From the NCBI GenBank assembly GCA_022813865.1, contig JALDZX010000010.1, forward strand, positions 248,001 to 312,000: a stretch of 64,000 nucleotides of DNA, given 5' to 3'. The notes beneath the pieces were generated by a model. It saw only the letters and a list, made by a program, of their open reading frames with translations, searched no databases and was not told where the DNA came from. The DNA comes from Xylographa opegraphella (Eukaryota). This document shows, piece after piece, positions 48,858 to 61,358 of this stretch. How positions within the stretch are numbered: position 1 is the stretch's first letter; each line of letters opens with the position of its first letter. The position numbers and the translations under genes were made by a program.

Positions 48858-51800
48858 ATGGCTTCCATATCGCCAACGCGTCCGTCGCGGAGGGCTGCGA
48901 CAAGTAAGAAGATAGTGGTCGATGAATCAGACGAGGAAGATTTGATGCCGAGACGAGCTCAGCAGGACCAAGAAGATGAGGAGGACTTTACACCAGCACC
49001 TCAGCGCAGCCCGCGTCGGCAGACCCGTAGAAAAACAAACGACGTTCCTTCAACGCCGAGAACTGCAGCACGAATCCGGAAAGCAAGAACCGGAGACGCA
49101 ATTGAGCCATCAGAAATATTTGATCCAGAGGATAGCATGCACCCGGAGCCGATGTCACCAACAAAGAAAGCCTCTCCCAGGAAGCGCAAGAGTGTAGCTC
49201 CGGCTAGGAAACCTCGTGGTTCTATGTCTATAGATCCCCCTCAATTACCCACTCCACAACCGTCAGTCACACCTGAGCCGTCTCAATTACACGGGACACC
49301 ACTGGGAGATATTACAAGAAATACGATCAATGAACAAGCCGCATCCAAAGATATCCAAACAGATAATTTGAAGGTCAAGCCTCTTGACACAATCTTAGAA
49401 AAACCTATGGACATTGTAGTAAGAACGAGAGCTTTAGGAGTGGCTCCTGCACAAGAGCCTATCGGTTCGAGATCCAGAACCGTCATCAAATATCTTGTCC
49501 TCACAAATTTTAAAAGCTATGCAGGAAGGCAGGAGGTGGGACCATTTCATGCATCATTCTCATCCGTGGTCGGTCCTAATGGATCCGGAAAATCGAATGT
49601 CATTGATTCTTTATTGTTTGTATTCGGCTTCCGCGCCAGCAAGATGCGTCAGGGCAAGATTTCAGCACTGATACATAATTCTTCCGGATTTCCAGACCTG
49701 GGGTCCTGCGAGGTAGAAGTGCATTTTCAGGAGGTAATGGATCTGGTACGTTGATCTTGAATTCATGGCAGTTCAGGATTGCTAACCGCATTGAAGCCTG
49801 ACGGAAAACATGAAATCGTGCCGGAATCTACACTAATAATCTCCCGCAAAGCCTTCAAGAACAATTCCAGTAAATATTACATAAATGCACAGGAGTCTAA
49901 TTTCACAGCGGTCACTACTTTACTAAAGGATCGGGGTGTAGATCTTGATCACAAGCGATTCTTGATCTTACAAGGTGAAGTGGAGTCTATTGCTCAGATG
50001 AAGCCAAAGGCAGCAAACGAGCATGACGATGGGCTCTTGGAGTATCTGGAAGACATTATTGGCACTTCTAAATACAAGACACCCATAGAAGAGTCTGCTA
50101 CTGAAGTCGAGACACTGAACGAAGTTTGTGTGGAGAAAAGCGCTCGAGTACAGCATGTGGAGAAGGAGAAAAACGGTCTTGAAGATCAGAAGAACAAGGC
50201 TTTGGCATATATCAAAGATGAAAATGAGCTTGCCTACAGACAATCAGCGTTATATCAGGTGTATATCGATGAGTGCAATGACAATCTCAAAGTCACAGAA
50301 GAGGCTATTGGACAAATGGAAAGCCAATTGAATGTAGAGCAAGAGAAACATCAAGGCAACGAGGACGGTATCAAAGATCTGGAAAAGTCTTACAAGCAAG
50401 GCTTAAAGGAGTACGAGTGTCTTGAAAAATCCACTCAATCTGTCATAAAGGAAATGGCAAAGTATGACAGAGAGAGAGTCAAGTTTGAGGAAAAGAAGAA
50501 GTTTTTGGTTGGGAAGCAGAAAAAATCAGAGAAGTCGTTGCAGTCAAGCCGGTTGGCGGGCTCTGAAGCTACGAGTCTTATTCAAAAGCACTCTGACGAC
50601 ATCGAGCGCAATAAAGCCGAAATCCTCTCACTAGAGTCGAGGATGAAGGATGAGGCGGTAGAGCTCAACACAATTCGAGAGAGTTTAAAAGGCAAAACTC
50701 AAGCTTTCTCAGATGAGATTGGCAAGAAGCAGAAGTCTCTAGAGCCGTGGAACGAGAAGATCAGTCAGAAGCAATCAGCAATTGCAGTTGCCCAGAGTGA
50801 ACTCGATATCCTTCGTGAAAGAGCGTTGGCGGGTGAGACTGCCCTTGAAGAAGCTCAATGCAAGGTCAAGGTTATTGAGGAGGGTCGGACCGCCAGATTA
50901 GAGAATTTGGACACAGTCAGAGCTCAAAAAGTTCAATTAGAGAAAGAGTACAAGAAGATGGAGGCAGAACTCGCCAGGCTAGGCCAGAAAGAGCCTGAAA
51001 TTAAGTCGCAGCTTTCTGGAGCTCGGCAGAAAGCTGACGAAGCTCGAGCGAGTCTATCGAATAGCCAAAGTCAAGGGAATGTTTTGAACGGCCTGATGAG
51101 ATTGAAGGAGTCGGGGCGTATTGAAGGCTTTCATGGGCGACTTGGAAATCTAGGCACAATTGACCAGAAGTATGATGTTGCCATCTCTACTGCGTGTCCT
51201 TCTTTAGAGAACCTGGTGGTAGACTCGGTGGAGGTAGGACAGCAATGCATCGACTACCTTCGGAAGAACCATCTCGGACGTGCGAATATCATTCTTTTGG
51301 ACCGCTTAGCACGAAGAGACATGTCCGAGTTAGATACACCTGAGGGGGTACCTAGGTTGTTTGATCTAGTCCAGCCTAAAGATGAAAAGTTCCGTCCGGC
51401 CTTCTATAGTGTTTTACAAAACACCCTGGTTGCAAAAGATCTTGAACAGGCCAATAGGATTGCCTACGGTGCTCGTCGCTGGAGAGTTGTTACACTTGAT
51501 GGCCAACTCATTGATGTATCAGGAACCATGAGTGGTGGTGGCACCAGAGTCGCCAGAGGAGGCATGTCTTCAAAGCTCGTAGCAGAGACAACAAAAGAGC
51601 AGGTCTCTAAGCTTGAGGTTGATCGAGATTCTCTTGAGCAGAAGTACCAAGAGTTACTAGAAAAGCAGCGTGAACTCGAACTGGCCTCAAAAGACCTTGC
51701 CAGTCATTTGCCACGCCTGGAAACTCAAATGCAGAAGATCAACCTCGAAATTGACAGTGCCAGTCGGAATTTGGCTGACGCAGAAAGACGAGTTACTGAG

Positions 51801-53428
51801 CTAGCAGCGGGTCAAAAACCCTCAAAGTCTGACGACACTCGTATCGCCGCCCTAGAAAAGCAAGTTTTCCAATTGAACAGAGAATTATCGAGTCTCCGTT
51901 CGGAGTCGGCTGGCCTGGAACAAGAAATCAAGAAATTGCAAGACAAGATTATGGAGGTTGGCGGCGTTAGACTTCGAGGCCAGAAAGCAAAGGTTGATGG
52001 CTTGAAGGAGCAAATAAGTACTCTAACCGAGGAGATCTCTAATTCAGAGGTCTCCAGGTCAAAGGCTGAGAAGGATAAGGTGAAGCATGAAAAAGCATAT
52101 GCGCAGGCAGAGCAAGAGCTAGCTGGTGCGGCAGAGGAGCTCGAACTGCTTGAGGTCGAAGCCAGTAGCCAAGCAGCTGATGCATCGGCATCGAAGAGAA
52201 AAGCGGAAGAAGCCCGAGAGGTAAAATCTACGACCTATAGCTACTGAGCATGGTGATATGCTGACTCCCCTTCTCAGGCATTAGAAGCGAAAAAGGAAGA
52301 ACTTGACATCATTAAGCAGGATTTAGATGTGAAGACAGCAGCTCTTAACGAGATCCGTGCCATTGAGATCGAAATGAAGAACAAGCTCGAAGAAAATAAA
52401 AAGGTCCTGGCAGATAACCAGAGCAAAGTCAAGCATTGGTCCAACCAGCTTGGCAAGCTCAGTATCCAATCCATCGGGTATGCACTCTGACTGCTCCATT
52501 GTGTGACATCTTCCAGCGACTGATCATGTTTCTAGCGATCTTGGCGAAGAGCAAGAGGCTCAAGAACTTCCTCAGTACACTAAAGACGAACTCCTCGACA
52601 TGGACAAAACCACACTGAAAGGTGAAATTGCCATTCTGGAAGAAAAGACCCAGAATGTTAATGTTGAGCTCGGCGTCCTCGACGAATACCGTCGCCGAGT
52701 CGAAGAGCACGCCTCCCGCAATAGTGACCTCCAAGCCGCCGTCACTTCTCGTGATACCGCCAAAAAGCGATGTGACGACCTACGGCGGCTCCGCTTGGAA
52801 GGCTTCATGCAAGGCTTCAGTACGATCTCTCTACGTCTGAAAGAGATGTACCAGATGATTACAATGGGAGGCAACGCGGAACTGGAGCTCGTGGACTCGC
52901 TGGATCCGTTCTCGGAAGGGATTTTGTTTAGTGTAATGCCACCAAAGAAGTCCTGGAAGAACATATCGAATCTTTCCGGCGGAGAGAAGACGCTGAGCAG
53001 TCTGGCGTTGGTGTTTGCTTTGCATCATTACAAGCCGACGCCGTTGTATGTTATGGATGAGATTGATGCCGCGCTGGATTTTAGAAACGTAAGTCGTCGC
53101 TTGGGGTTCCACAGGAAGATAGTGAAAAGAGAATGCTGATGCAGTGTAGGTTTCGATTGTGGCAAGCTACATCAAGGAGAGGACAAAGAACGCTCAGTTT
53201 ATCGTTATTTCTCTGAGGAACAATATGGTAAAGTCACAGAGTAATGGTTGGGAACGCCAAAGCTGACTTGCGTAGTTTGAACTCGCGTCACGGCTTGTAG
53301 GGGTGTACAAAGTTAACCACATGGTATGTGTTCTGAGAAATGCTTGAAGGCTAACAGCTACTTACTACGTGCCGTAGACGAAGAGCGTCACTATCGAGAA
53401 CCAGGATTACATAATTCGCCCGACATAA
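48858..53428 (+). CDS. SMC4: Condensin subunit SMC4 (cut3), 7 exons
   Basis: Walker A GPNGSGKSN, RFLILQGEVESIAQMKPK, hinge GFHGRLGNLG and VTLDGQLIDVSGTMSGGG, signature LSGGEK, Walker B YVMDEIDAALD. Six canonical introns. Confidence 0.97.
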
Positions 53429-55373
53429 TTTTGGAATTTCCAGATTCGGCGGATGGCGTTGATGCGGATGTCTATAGCTTGTACCACAGTATACAATTGT
53501 ATGGCTTGTAGCATTGGACAAGGCTCCTCAGGTTGGATGTGTTCAATATACGAATGACATGGAGTTTATGACCGGAAAACACAGTTCTCAGATCGTCGTC
53601 TGGGATAGTATAGGTATTGAACGTCGAGTGGACGTTTCCAGTGCACAAGGACTGGTCTCGCATTACTTTCATCGTCGTCCGAGGCTGCTTCATTTCTATT
53701 AGTGGCATGAATTGAGCATCATTCAATGCACGATTTCACAGTGCTCGCCGCTCTTGGCAATCTGAAGGATGTGAGACACAGCAGTATGCAAGGCCTGAAC
53801 TCAATATAAGAGGCTGCTTCGTTCACCACTTGGCCATAAGTCGACATTATATATCGTCACCCTGACGCTTCCACCCACCATCTTCGCTATCCGTTGGTTC
53901 GCTGAAAATGCGTCTTATGAATTTGAGCCTCTAGGTGATGCTGGATGGTGATTAAATCTATCAGGCTACTTGGCAAACGAACTACCGATTGGCACAGTAT
54001 CATGAATTTCGGCCAATTACTGGATTCCAGTCTCACGCATTATTATATCTGCTGATTGGCTTGGTTGCATGTGTTTGTTGGCTAACATTCAGGGCCAGAT
54101 CTAGACACGAAAAGGTTTAACCGGAAGTGCGGCTTGAGCGCTGTTGTCTGGAAGCTGCAGGGTTTTAGGTTCAAGACTCATGGCGGTTGAGGATGAGCAA
54201 ATCTGCAATCCGCTTCCAGGAAATTATGCCTGATATTGGGATGGTCGTTTCAGACGAGCAAGGAGACTCATATCCAATTCACCCAGTTCCCAAGGCGAAA
54301 GTCACATACAGTCACATACCCATAAGTATATTTGGATGCCAAATTCTTGCTCCAATATCTGATAGTCATTAGCACTGTGGAATAACCTATTACAATCTAT
54401 AGTCCAGATCCTGTTATATGCTAACAGAGGTATCGTCCTCATGATCGTTGTTAATGGTCTTCTTACCAATTCGTCGGAGTGTATCCTGTCTCGATTCGAG
54501 ACACCTGGCTGAATGCTTCACTGAATGCTGCTCTAGATGTTCCTCCGAATCCTTTTCCTAATCATTCCAAAGCACCGTAGATTTGAGACCCGATCTTGCT
54601 TCTTTTAACGAGTCTAGTTATATCTTACTCCTAGATGCCTCGTGTTCTTCATGGAAGTCTTCCGGTGAACAACAATAGTCCTCACAGTCCGCAAGGATAG
54701 CATTCCAATTATTGGTATACTTTTCGAAAGACGGCGCTCCAAACTGTCTCACTATCACAGAAGCCACTTCTGCGACGAGCTTTGCCAGACTACAGGTGAG
54801 TTTTTTAGAAGACCATCAGTAATACATCCCAACAACGCAATGATAACAATCTGATACTCCATATATGCTTCCATGCGAGTTCCAACTGTATCAAATTTAA
54901 TTAGAATGTCCCGTGTGATTGTAGTAGAATGAACCATGTTGTCTGATGTCACTTGAAGTGGAATAAGCAAGAGATCCAGAAGTCTTTATGAAAGTCTCAG
55001 GAAGCATGCGTTGATGAAAAGAGAGTGAAGTAATCTTGAGCTGTCAAAAAGTAGAGAATTCAGTGGACTTGAAAGAGAAGCTCCGTGTAACCCCTCGTTG
55101 ATCGACGCTCTCTCCGCACATGTAGCAGAGGTGATAAAGTGCTGAGGGGATAGATGTACTTCAGGAATGGTCTAACCCTCTCTATGAGGACGTAGTGTCA
55201 GACCCCAAGTCAAGTTAAACAATATCAACATGAGGGTAGGCCAGATTTATCAGACTTCAATGAACGATGGATATCGGCGTTCTTGCCTTCTTTAGTAGCT
55301 CTTATTGCACGTAGCTTTTCACTATAAAGAATCTGGGGTATCTTCATATCTCAGAAAACTCTCAAGACCAGCA

Positions 55374-55879
55374 TTATATCTTCTTCTCGCCCTCACCACC
55401 AACTTTCTTCTTCTTAGCCTTGGCCTTCTTTCTTCCACTTCTATCCCGTTTCCTCAGTCCATGCATGCCAGACTTCCATACTTCAGCATACCGGATGAAG
55501 AAGGCTTCGAGTGCGTCTGGTTGCACAATGGTAGATAATTTGATCTTCTTGCCACTTTCGTCGTTCGGTTTCCCGTTTGTGGCTCTGATCAAGACAGGCA
55601 ATGGAGATGCCGGATGAAGATCTGCAAATGTGTCGTCCAACGTTTGGCTCTCTGTGGTACTGGCGTTTCCGTAGCTCACTAGAGACTGTCAGTTCCGCAT
55701 GTGTTTACTTTAAGGCTACATGCATCGTTTTTGGGTGAGAAAAACGGATCCATGATCAGCTTTCCTCCTGGAGTCGAACAGCTCTGCAAGCCGAACGAAG
55801 AACTGGGCTTGTCAGTTTTCGATCCCGAAATTGCTTCTCTGAAGCTGACCTCATCAATACTCAAGGGCGAACCAGCCAT
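55374..55879 (-). CDS. SRP14: Signal recognition particle 14 kDa subunit, 3 exons
   Basis: LSIDE|FFVRLAELF..GSVFLTQKR|L, VLIRATNGK, KIKLSTIVQPDALEAFFIRYAEVWKSGMHGLRKRDR. Introns 55849..55803 and 55723..55679 (GC-AG). Confidence 0.92.
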
Positions 55880-56062
55880 TCTCCAAAGTCGCGAACCTGA
55901 GCTGTGCAGACTTCACCACATAAAGCATCATTGAAGGCATTGATCTAAGTGGGAGGAAACCCCGCCAAGGCGACAGCGCCGACCTCCGAGCTCGTCGCCA
56001 AGACTTTCAGACATTGCAACATTTCTCCGCCGTTTTTCTCAAGCGGCGCACGACCGAGGACG

Positions 56063-58731
56063 ATGCGCCAACCCACTCACAATACTGCAAAACTTTCGAA
56101 GCGCATTCTTGATGAGCTTGGACTCGAAGGTAAATTGATATGGTCTCTTTAATGGAATTGTAGCTTACTTGTGCAGATGGAAATGCCAGTGGACCACGTC
56201 GAAAAAGAACAGGTCCTGGTGCTCGCAAAGAGCGCCGCAAGGCTACCAGAATTGAGAAGAAGACTCATGGTGTTCGGCTTAAGCATAACCGTGGGAATTC
56301 ACGAACAAATCAGGCTTCAGTAGATGTTGAGTCTTCCGAGGGTCCGGAGGTGGAGTCACATGTGGCTCCCACCAGCTCACGGCATGATTTCCAAGCGACA
56401 CCGAAGTCAATCCTTAAAAACCCGAAGCCAGAACCACCAAAGCCGAATATTGCAGAGATACTGCAAGAGGGGCAGGTCCCTTACGTTCCTAAGAACGTAA
56501 GAAACAAGCTCGCTGCCGACGATGCGGAAATCGAGGCGTTGGAAAAAGCTCTTGGTGTAAAGGGAAAGAAGAGCCTGCCGAAAGCATTCGAGGATGACGG
56601 ATTGGATGATCTACTCGACAGGCTTGATGGACAAAGTGTAGAATATGAAGTCAAGACAGGCAAGAGAAAGTCAAGTCTCGAGGATGAATGGCTCCAGAAC
56701 AAGCGGAAAAAGGCCCACATGAGGACTGTTACGATCGCGGAAGCTTCTGAGGAAGAAAATGCTTCGGTATATGACGAAAGTGAAGCAGAGTCTACAGTAG
56801 ATGATGTTCAGAGCACTAGTAATGAAGGCTATTCCGGGTCCGATGATTTTAATGGTTTTGATAGTGCACCGACTGCACCAACAACCAGCATCGTCAGAGT
56901 ACGTGAGAATCCATACGTTGCCCCTGTGCTGTCAACAGATACCATGCCTACAACCAAATACCTGCCACCTTCTCTGAGACGTTCTAATCCTTCAGACGAA
57001 GAAGGGTTGAGGCAGCTACGTCGACAAATACAAGGCCTACTCAATCGCCTTTCCGAGGCTAATATTCACGGAGTTTTGAGCGACGTTGAGAAGATCTATC
57101 AAGACAAGCCGCGTCACGATGTTTCTTTTACACTGATCGAGCTATTGATGGCTCTGCTTTCAGATCCCATAATCCTGCAAGATACCTTTATCATACTGCA
57201 TGCAGGCTTCATGGCTGGCGTGTATAAAATAATTGGGACGGATTTTGGGGCTCAAATAGTGCAACGTATTGTGGAAGAGTTTGACAGCATTTTTGTTACA
57301 AAGACCGATGGAGATATGGTTGGCAAGAATTTAACGAATCTGATATCATTACTTTCCGAGTTGTACAACTTTCAGGTCATTGGTAGTGGGCTTATCTATG
57401 ATTTTATCCGTATATTCTTGGAAGATCTTTCGGAACTGAACGTAGAGCTTCTGCTCAAAGTTATCAGAAGTGAGTTCTTCTCGTGCGCTGAAAAAAAAAA
57501 ACGGAGAATAACAGCTGATTTTTTCCAAGATTCTGGGCCACAGCTACGACAAGATGATCCGTTGGCCCTCAAATCTATCGTTCTTCTACTTCAACCAGCT
57601 CTTGTCAAGATTGGTACGGAGAACGTCTCTGTGCGAACCAAATTTATGATAGAGACTATCAACAATCTTAAGAACAATCGCATGAAAACTGGAGTAGCCG
57701 CATCAACCATAACCTCCGAGCACACTATTCGCATGAAAAAGACACTTGGTACTCTTAATACACGAAATCTTAAGGCAACCGAGCCTCTACGTATTGGCCT
57801 GAACGATATCAAGAATACCGATAAGAGAGGCAAGTGGTGGCTTGTTGGTGCTAGCTATCAAGACGAGGACAAACAAGAACAAGGGTATTCGAGAAGCTCA
57901 AAATTTGAGCTTCAAGCTGATGGGCAGGACCATCAAGAAGATCATGATGCAGCCAATGAGACTGATGATCTCCTCCAGCTTGCGAAGCAACACCGTATGA
58001 ACACAGACATTCGGCGGTCTATTTTTATCACAATCATGTCGGCTACCGACTATCGAGATGCACATCTTCGACTCCTCAAACTTCGACTGAAGAAATCGCA
58101 AGAACTTGAGATTCCTAAAGTCCTGATACACTGTGCAGGAGCAGAAGCGATCTACAACCCATATTATACCTTGATAGCGAGGCTCTTGTGCTCCGATCGA
58201 AAGCTCAAAATGGCATTCCAGTTCTCATTATGGGATCTGTTCAAGAAGATGGGTGAAGATGAAGACGAGGATGATGATGACGATGAGGAGCGGGAGAATC
58301 TGGACACGCGAACGATTGTGAACTTGGCCAAGATGTTCGGCGCTCTGGTAGCGGACGGAGGGCTGACGATTGGCATCCTGAAGGCGAGTGACATGAGATG
58401 TTTCGACGGGCACGACTAACAGAAATAGAATCTCAACCTGGTTTATCTCAAGACGAAACTGCATACATTCGTCGAGCTATTCCTAATCACATGCATCCTC
58501 AATTCGCAGCAAACTCATCCAGGCCACAGACACGAGCAGTCGTTACTGGGCATATTCCTCAAGCTCAAGGACTACCCGGACCTCATGACGGGCATGCAAT
58601 ACTTCCTGAAAAAGGTCGTCAGTCGCACCGACGTGGCAAGCAGCAAGCAGGACCGAAGTACCTTTAAATTGGCCTGCAAGGTGATAGACCGCGGTCTGCA
58701 CGACGCGGCTTCTAGTCTCGAGGAAGATTGA
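56063..58731 (+). CDS. SGD1: Nucleolar MIF4G/MA3 protein Sgd1/NOM1, 4 exons
   Basis: KYLPPSLR, LRRQIQGLLNRLSEAN, RTKFMIETINNLKNN, GKWWLVGAS, RMNTDIRRSIF..IMS, FQFSLWD. Introns 56130..56176, 57470..57529 and 58384..58428 (GC-AG). Confidence 0.92.
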
Positions 58732-59815
58732 CGACGACAACAAGGCAGCCCATCAACCGGACACGTGAATTCGTGAAAGTCAACCTTCTCGGACTTTCTC
58801 GCCCTAAACCGTCTGATCTTTGCTCCTCCGTGTCCACCTCTACTCGCCAATCGCTACCACGCGGTGACGAGAAACACGCACCTGACCCATCGCACAAGCC
58901 ATGGCCCCTACCGACGGGAGATTTTGCCCAAGCCACGAGTCTCTCTCCCCGTTAAACGTCTCCGTTCAACGCCCGTACCGCACACACCCTTTTCTCATTC
59001 AACCTCATCCATTCTCCAACCCTCCTTCGTACCATACGCCATACCTCTGAGATCTGCCTATGCTGTTTGCCAGGAAGGTGTCATGTTTGTGACTCGTGAG
59101 ATGGCTAGGGAGGCTAAGGTGGTAACGGACAGGTGATGTGAGCAGTTGTTACCACGAGGGAGAAGGAAGAACTTGGGGATCATCAGATCGGACCGGACCG
59201 ACAGGACAGTCTCCTGGGCGTTGCGAGTAGCAACCTTGACCGAATGCAAGTTTCTCTGGAATGCGTGGCCTGTGGAAAGAAGTGCGAGGACTGGCATAAC
59301 GACATCGTTTACTAGGCACACCGAGCACAGCCATAACTTAGCTAGGCGCACAGGCATACCAGGTCTACAGATCACGGGTAGCCTACCGTAAACATGAGTG
59401 AAGCACGAGCACGAGCAGTCACACGCGCAAGTTGATGAACATAATTTCTTTGTAATTCAGACTAAAATCGCCCTCGCCCCTGAGGCCGAAAAGGTATATA
59501 TGGACAAAGAAAGGTCCTCCTTCCCCACTGTAGCGTACACATAGCCTGTGGCGCGAAACTGATTTGGATATATTCAAGATCCGGGCAGCAAATGAGGGAA
59601 GCAAGGCGAGAAATGGAAACAGAAGACGACAATGACAATCAAAAGAAATCGTGACGAGTTCCCACCCATTTCACAACACACCCTCTTGTTATTCTGCACG
59701 TCAACGATGCCTTGTCCGAATTAACCAATAATGCGTTTTGTGATGAGTCCATGCCGTGTAGTATACAACTCACGAGTGGAAACGGCGGCGACCAGCAGCC
59801 ATTGAAGTGGATAGC

Positions 59816-61164
59816 TCAGCTGGTATTGACTTCTCCGCTTGGTGGGTTACCATACATTCCCCAGTACTGTTCGGCGTTGAACGTCGCTGCCGTGTTGGTC
59901 TTCCACATAGTGTTGAATGCCGAGTAGAGGATGACATTACTCGAAACCGTCGATTGAATCGATGACAAGGCAGTTTGCTGGTTTTGGGAGGATGGCACAG
60001 CGGCACCGTTGGCATTACCCTGGGAAGGCCAGCCCGTCTCGGTGACGATCGTCAGTTTGCCATTCGCAGCCTCGGAGACCTTCTCGATCCATCCTTGTAC
60101 GAATGCACCTGCACCACTCGCCTGGGTATTGCTGTCAAAGAAGGCATGGCAGTTGATGGCGCAGAAGTCCGAGGCAGTACACAGCTCAGGGTTGCTTTGC
60201 ATGGCGACCATGGTATCCACAGTCACAACAGGACCGTTATATCCAGCAGCCTTTAGCATTGTCCTCGCTGTGCTGATGGCAGCAACAACGGCGCCCACGG
60301 AAGCTCCACCCGAGTTGACAAGTTCATTCCCAACGCTGACTGTCTGAACCAAACTCCAGTCGCCATTGATAGCCTTGGCGATGGTCTGGACCTCGCTTTG
60401 AATGCTGTTGATATCAAAAATACCGAGGAAAAGCTTCATTCCGGTGTTGGCAGCAACAACATTTGCAACCTGATTGCAATCAACACCGTAAAGACGCACG
60501 ACATCAAAACCCTTCACTCCTGCAAGATCGGATGCCACAGCCTTAGGACCTTTGCAAGAATTGTCGGCATTGTATGGTGAATAGGAAAGGCCTTTGCCGA
60601 AGCCTGGTCCAGACGAAGCAGGAGCTGACGGGGCGGGAGCAGGAGTTGACGAAGAAGCGACAGGAGCGGGAGCCGAGGATGCCGGTGGTGCAGGAGATGG
60701 AGACGGGGCAACACTTGACGGGGCCGGTGACGGGGCTGCAGTACTTGAAGGAGGAGGTGGCGGTGGTGCAGATGTCGAGGTAGAAGTCGCTAGTGTGGTA
60801 GGTGGAGCCGCAATCGAAGGGGTCGATGTTGTAGTCGGAACAGGCGTGGTAGAAGTCATGGATGACGAAGAAGACGATGAAGCTGAAGAAGCCACAGTCG
60901 GTGCAGGTGCATTCTCAAGGACTGTGGTCGTGGAAACAGCATTTCCATTCCCGTCCACATAAACAATGACCTCTTCCACTAGGTAGTCCACTTGTTCGAC
61001 CACGGCCTGTCGACGATGGTGACGATGACGCTTGTCTTGGAGACCTGTGAAAAACGGGTCAGCGCAAGAGGACGACGTATTGCGGAGATTCTCTTACCAT
61101 GTGGTTGCGCAATCGCGAACTGCAGGAGAGCAACTGCCGCGAGGGTGACGAAACCGGCTTTCAT
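59816..61164 (-). CDS. Secreted GH17 cell-wall glucanase/transglucosylase (Scw4/Scw10/Scw11-like), 2 coding exons
   Basis: Signal peptide, Ser/Pro/Thr-rich linker, YSPYNAD, VRLYGVDCNQV, VSVGNE, AINCHAFFD, VTETGWPSQG. Intron 61097..61045. Confidence 0.92.
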
Positions 61165-61232
61165 ATTGAATCGCTGTTATCCTGTCGAAGGATATCAATT
61201 TCAGGATGATTTCCAAGGGTTGATGTTAATGA

Positions 61233-61358
61233 CTGTGGGCCCGTCCAGCGGTGTTAGTAAATAGCACAAATACAAGTCGAAAGCACGAAAAGGATTCTTG
61301 TGTGAGATTGAGGGAGACCGAGTATAGTATAGCAAGTCGCCCACAAGGAAAGACATAC
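61233..61358 (-). other. Probable 5'-UTR intron of the GH17 gene
   Basis: Minus-strand GTATGT donor, TACTAAC branch and CAG acceptor about 70 nt upstream of the ATG. Confidence 0.6.
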
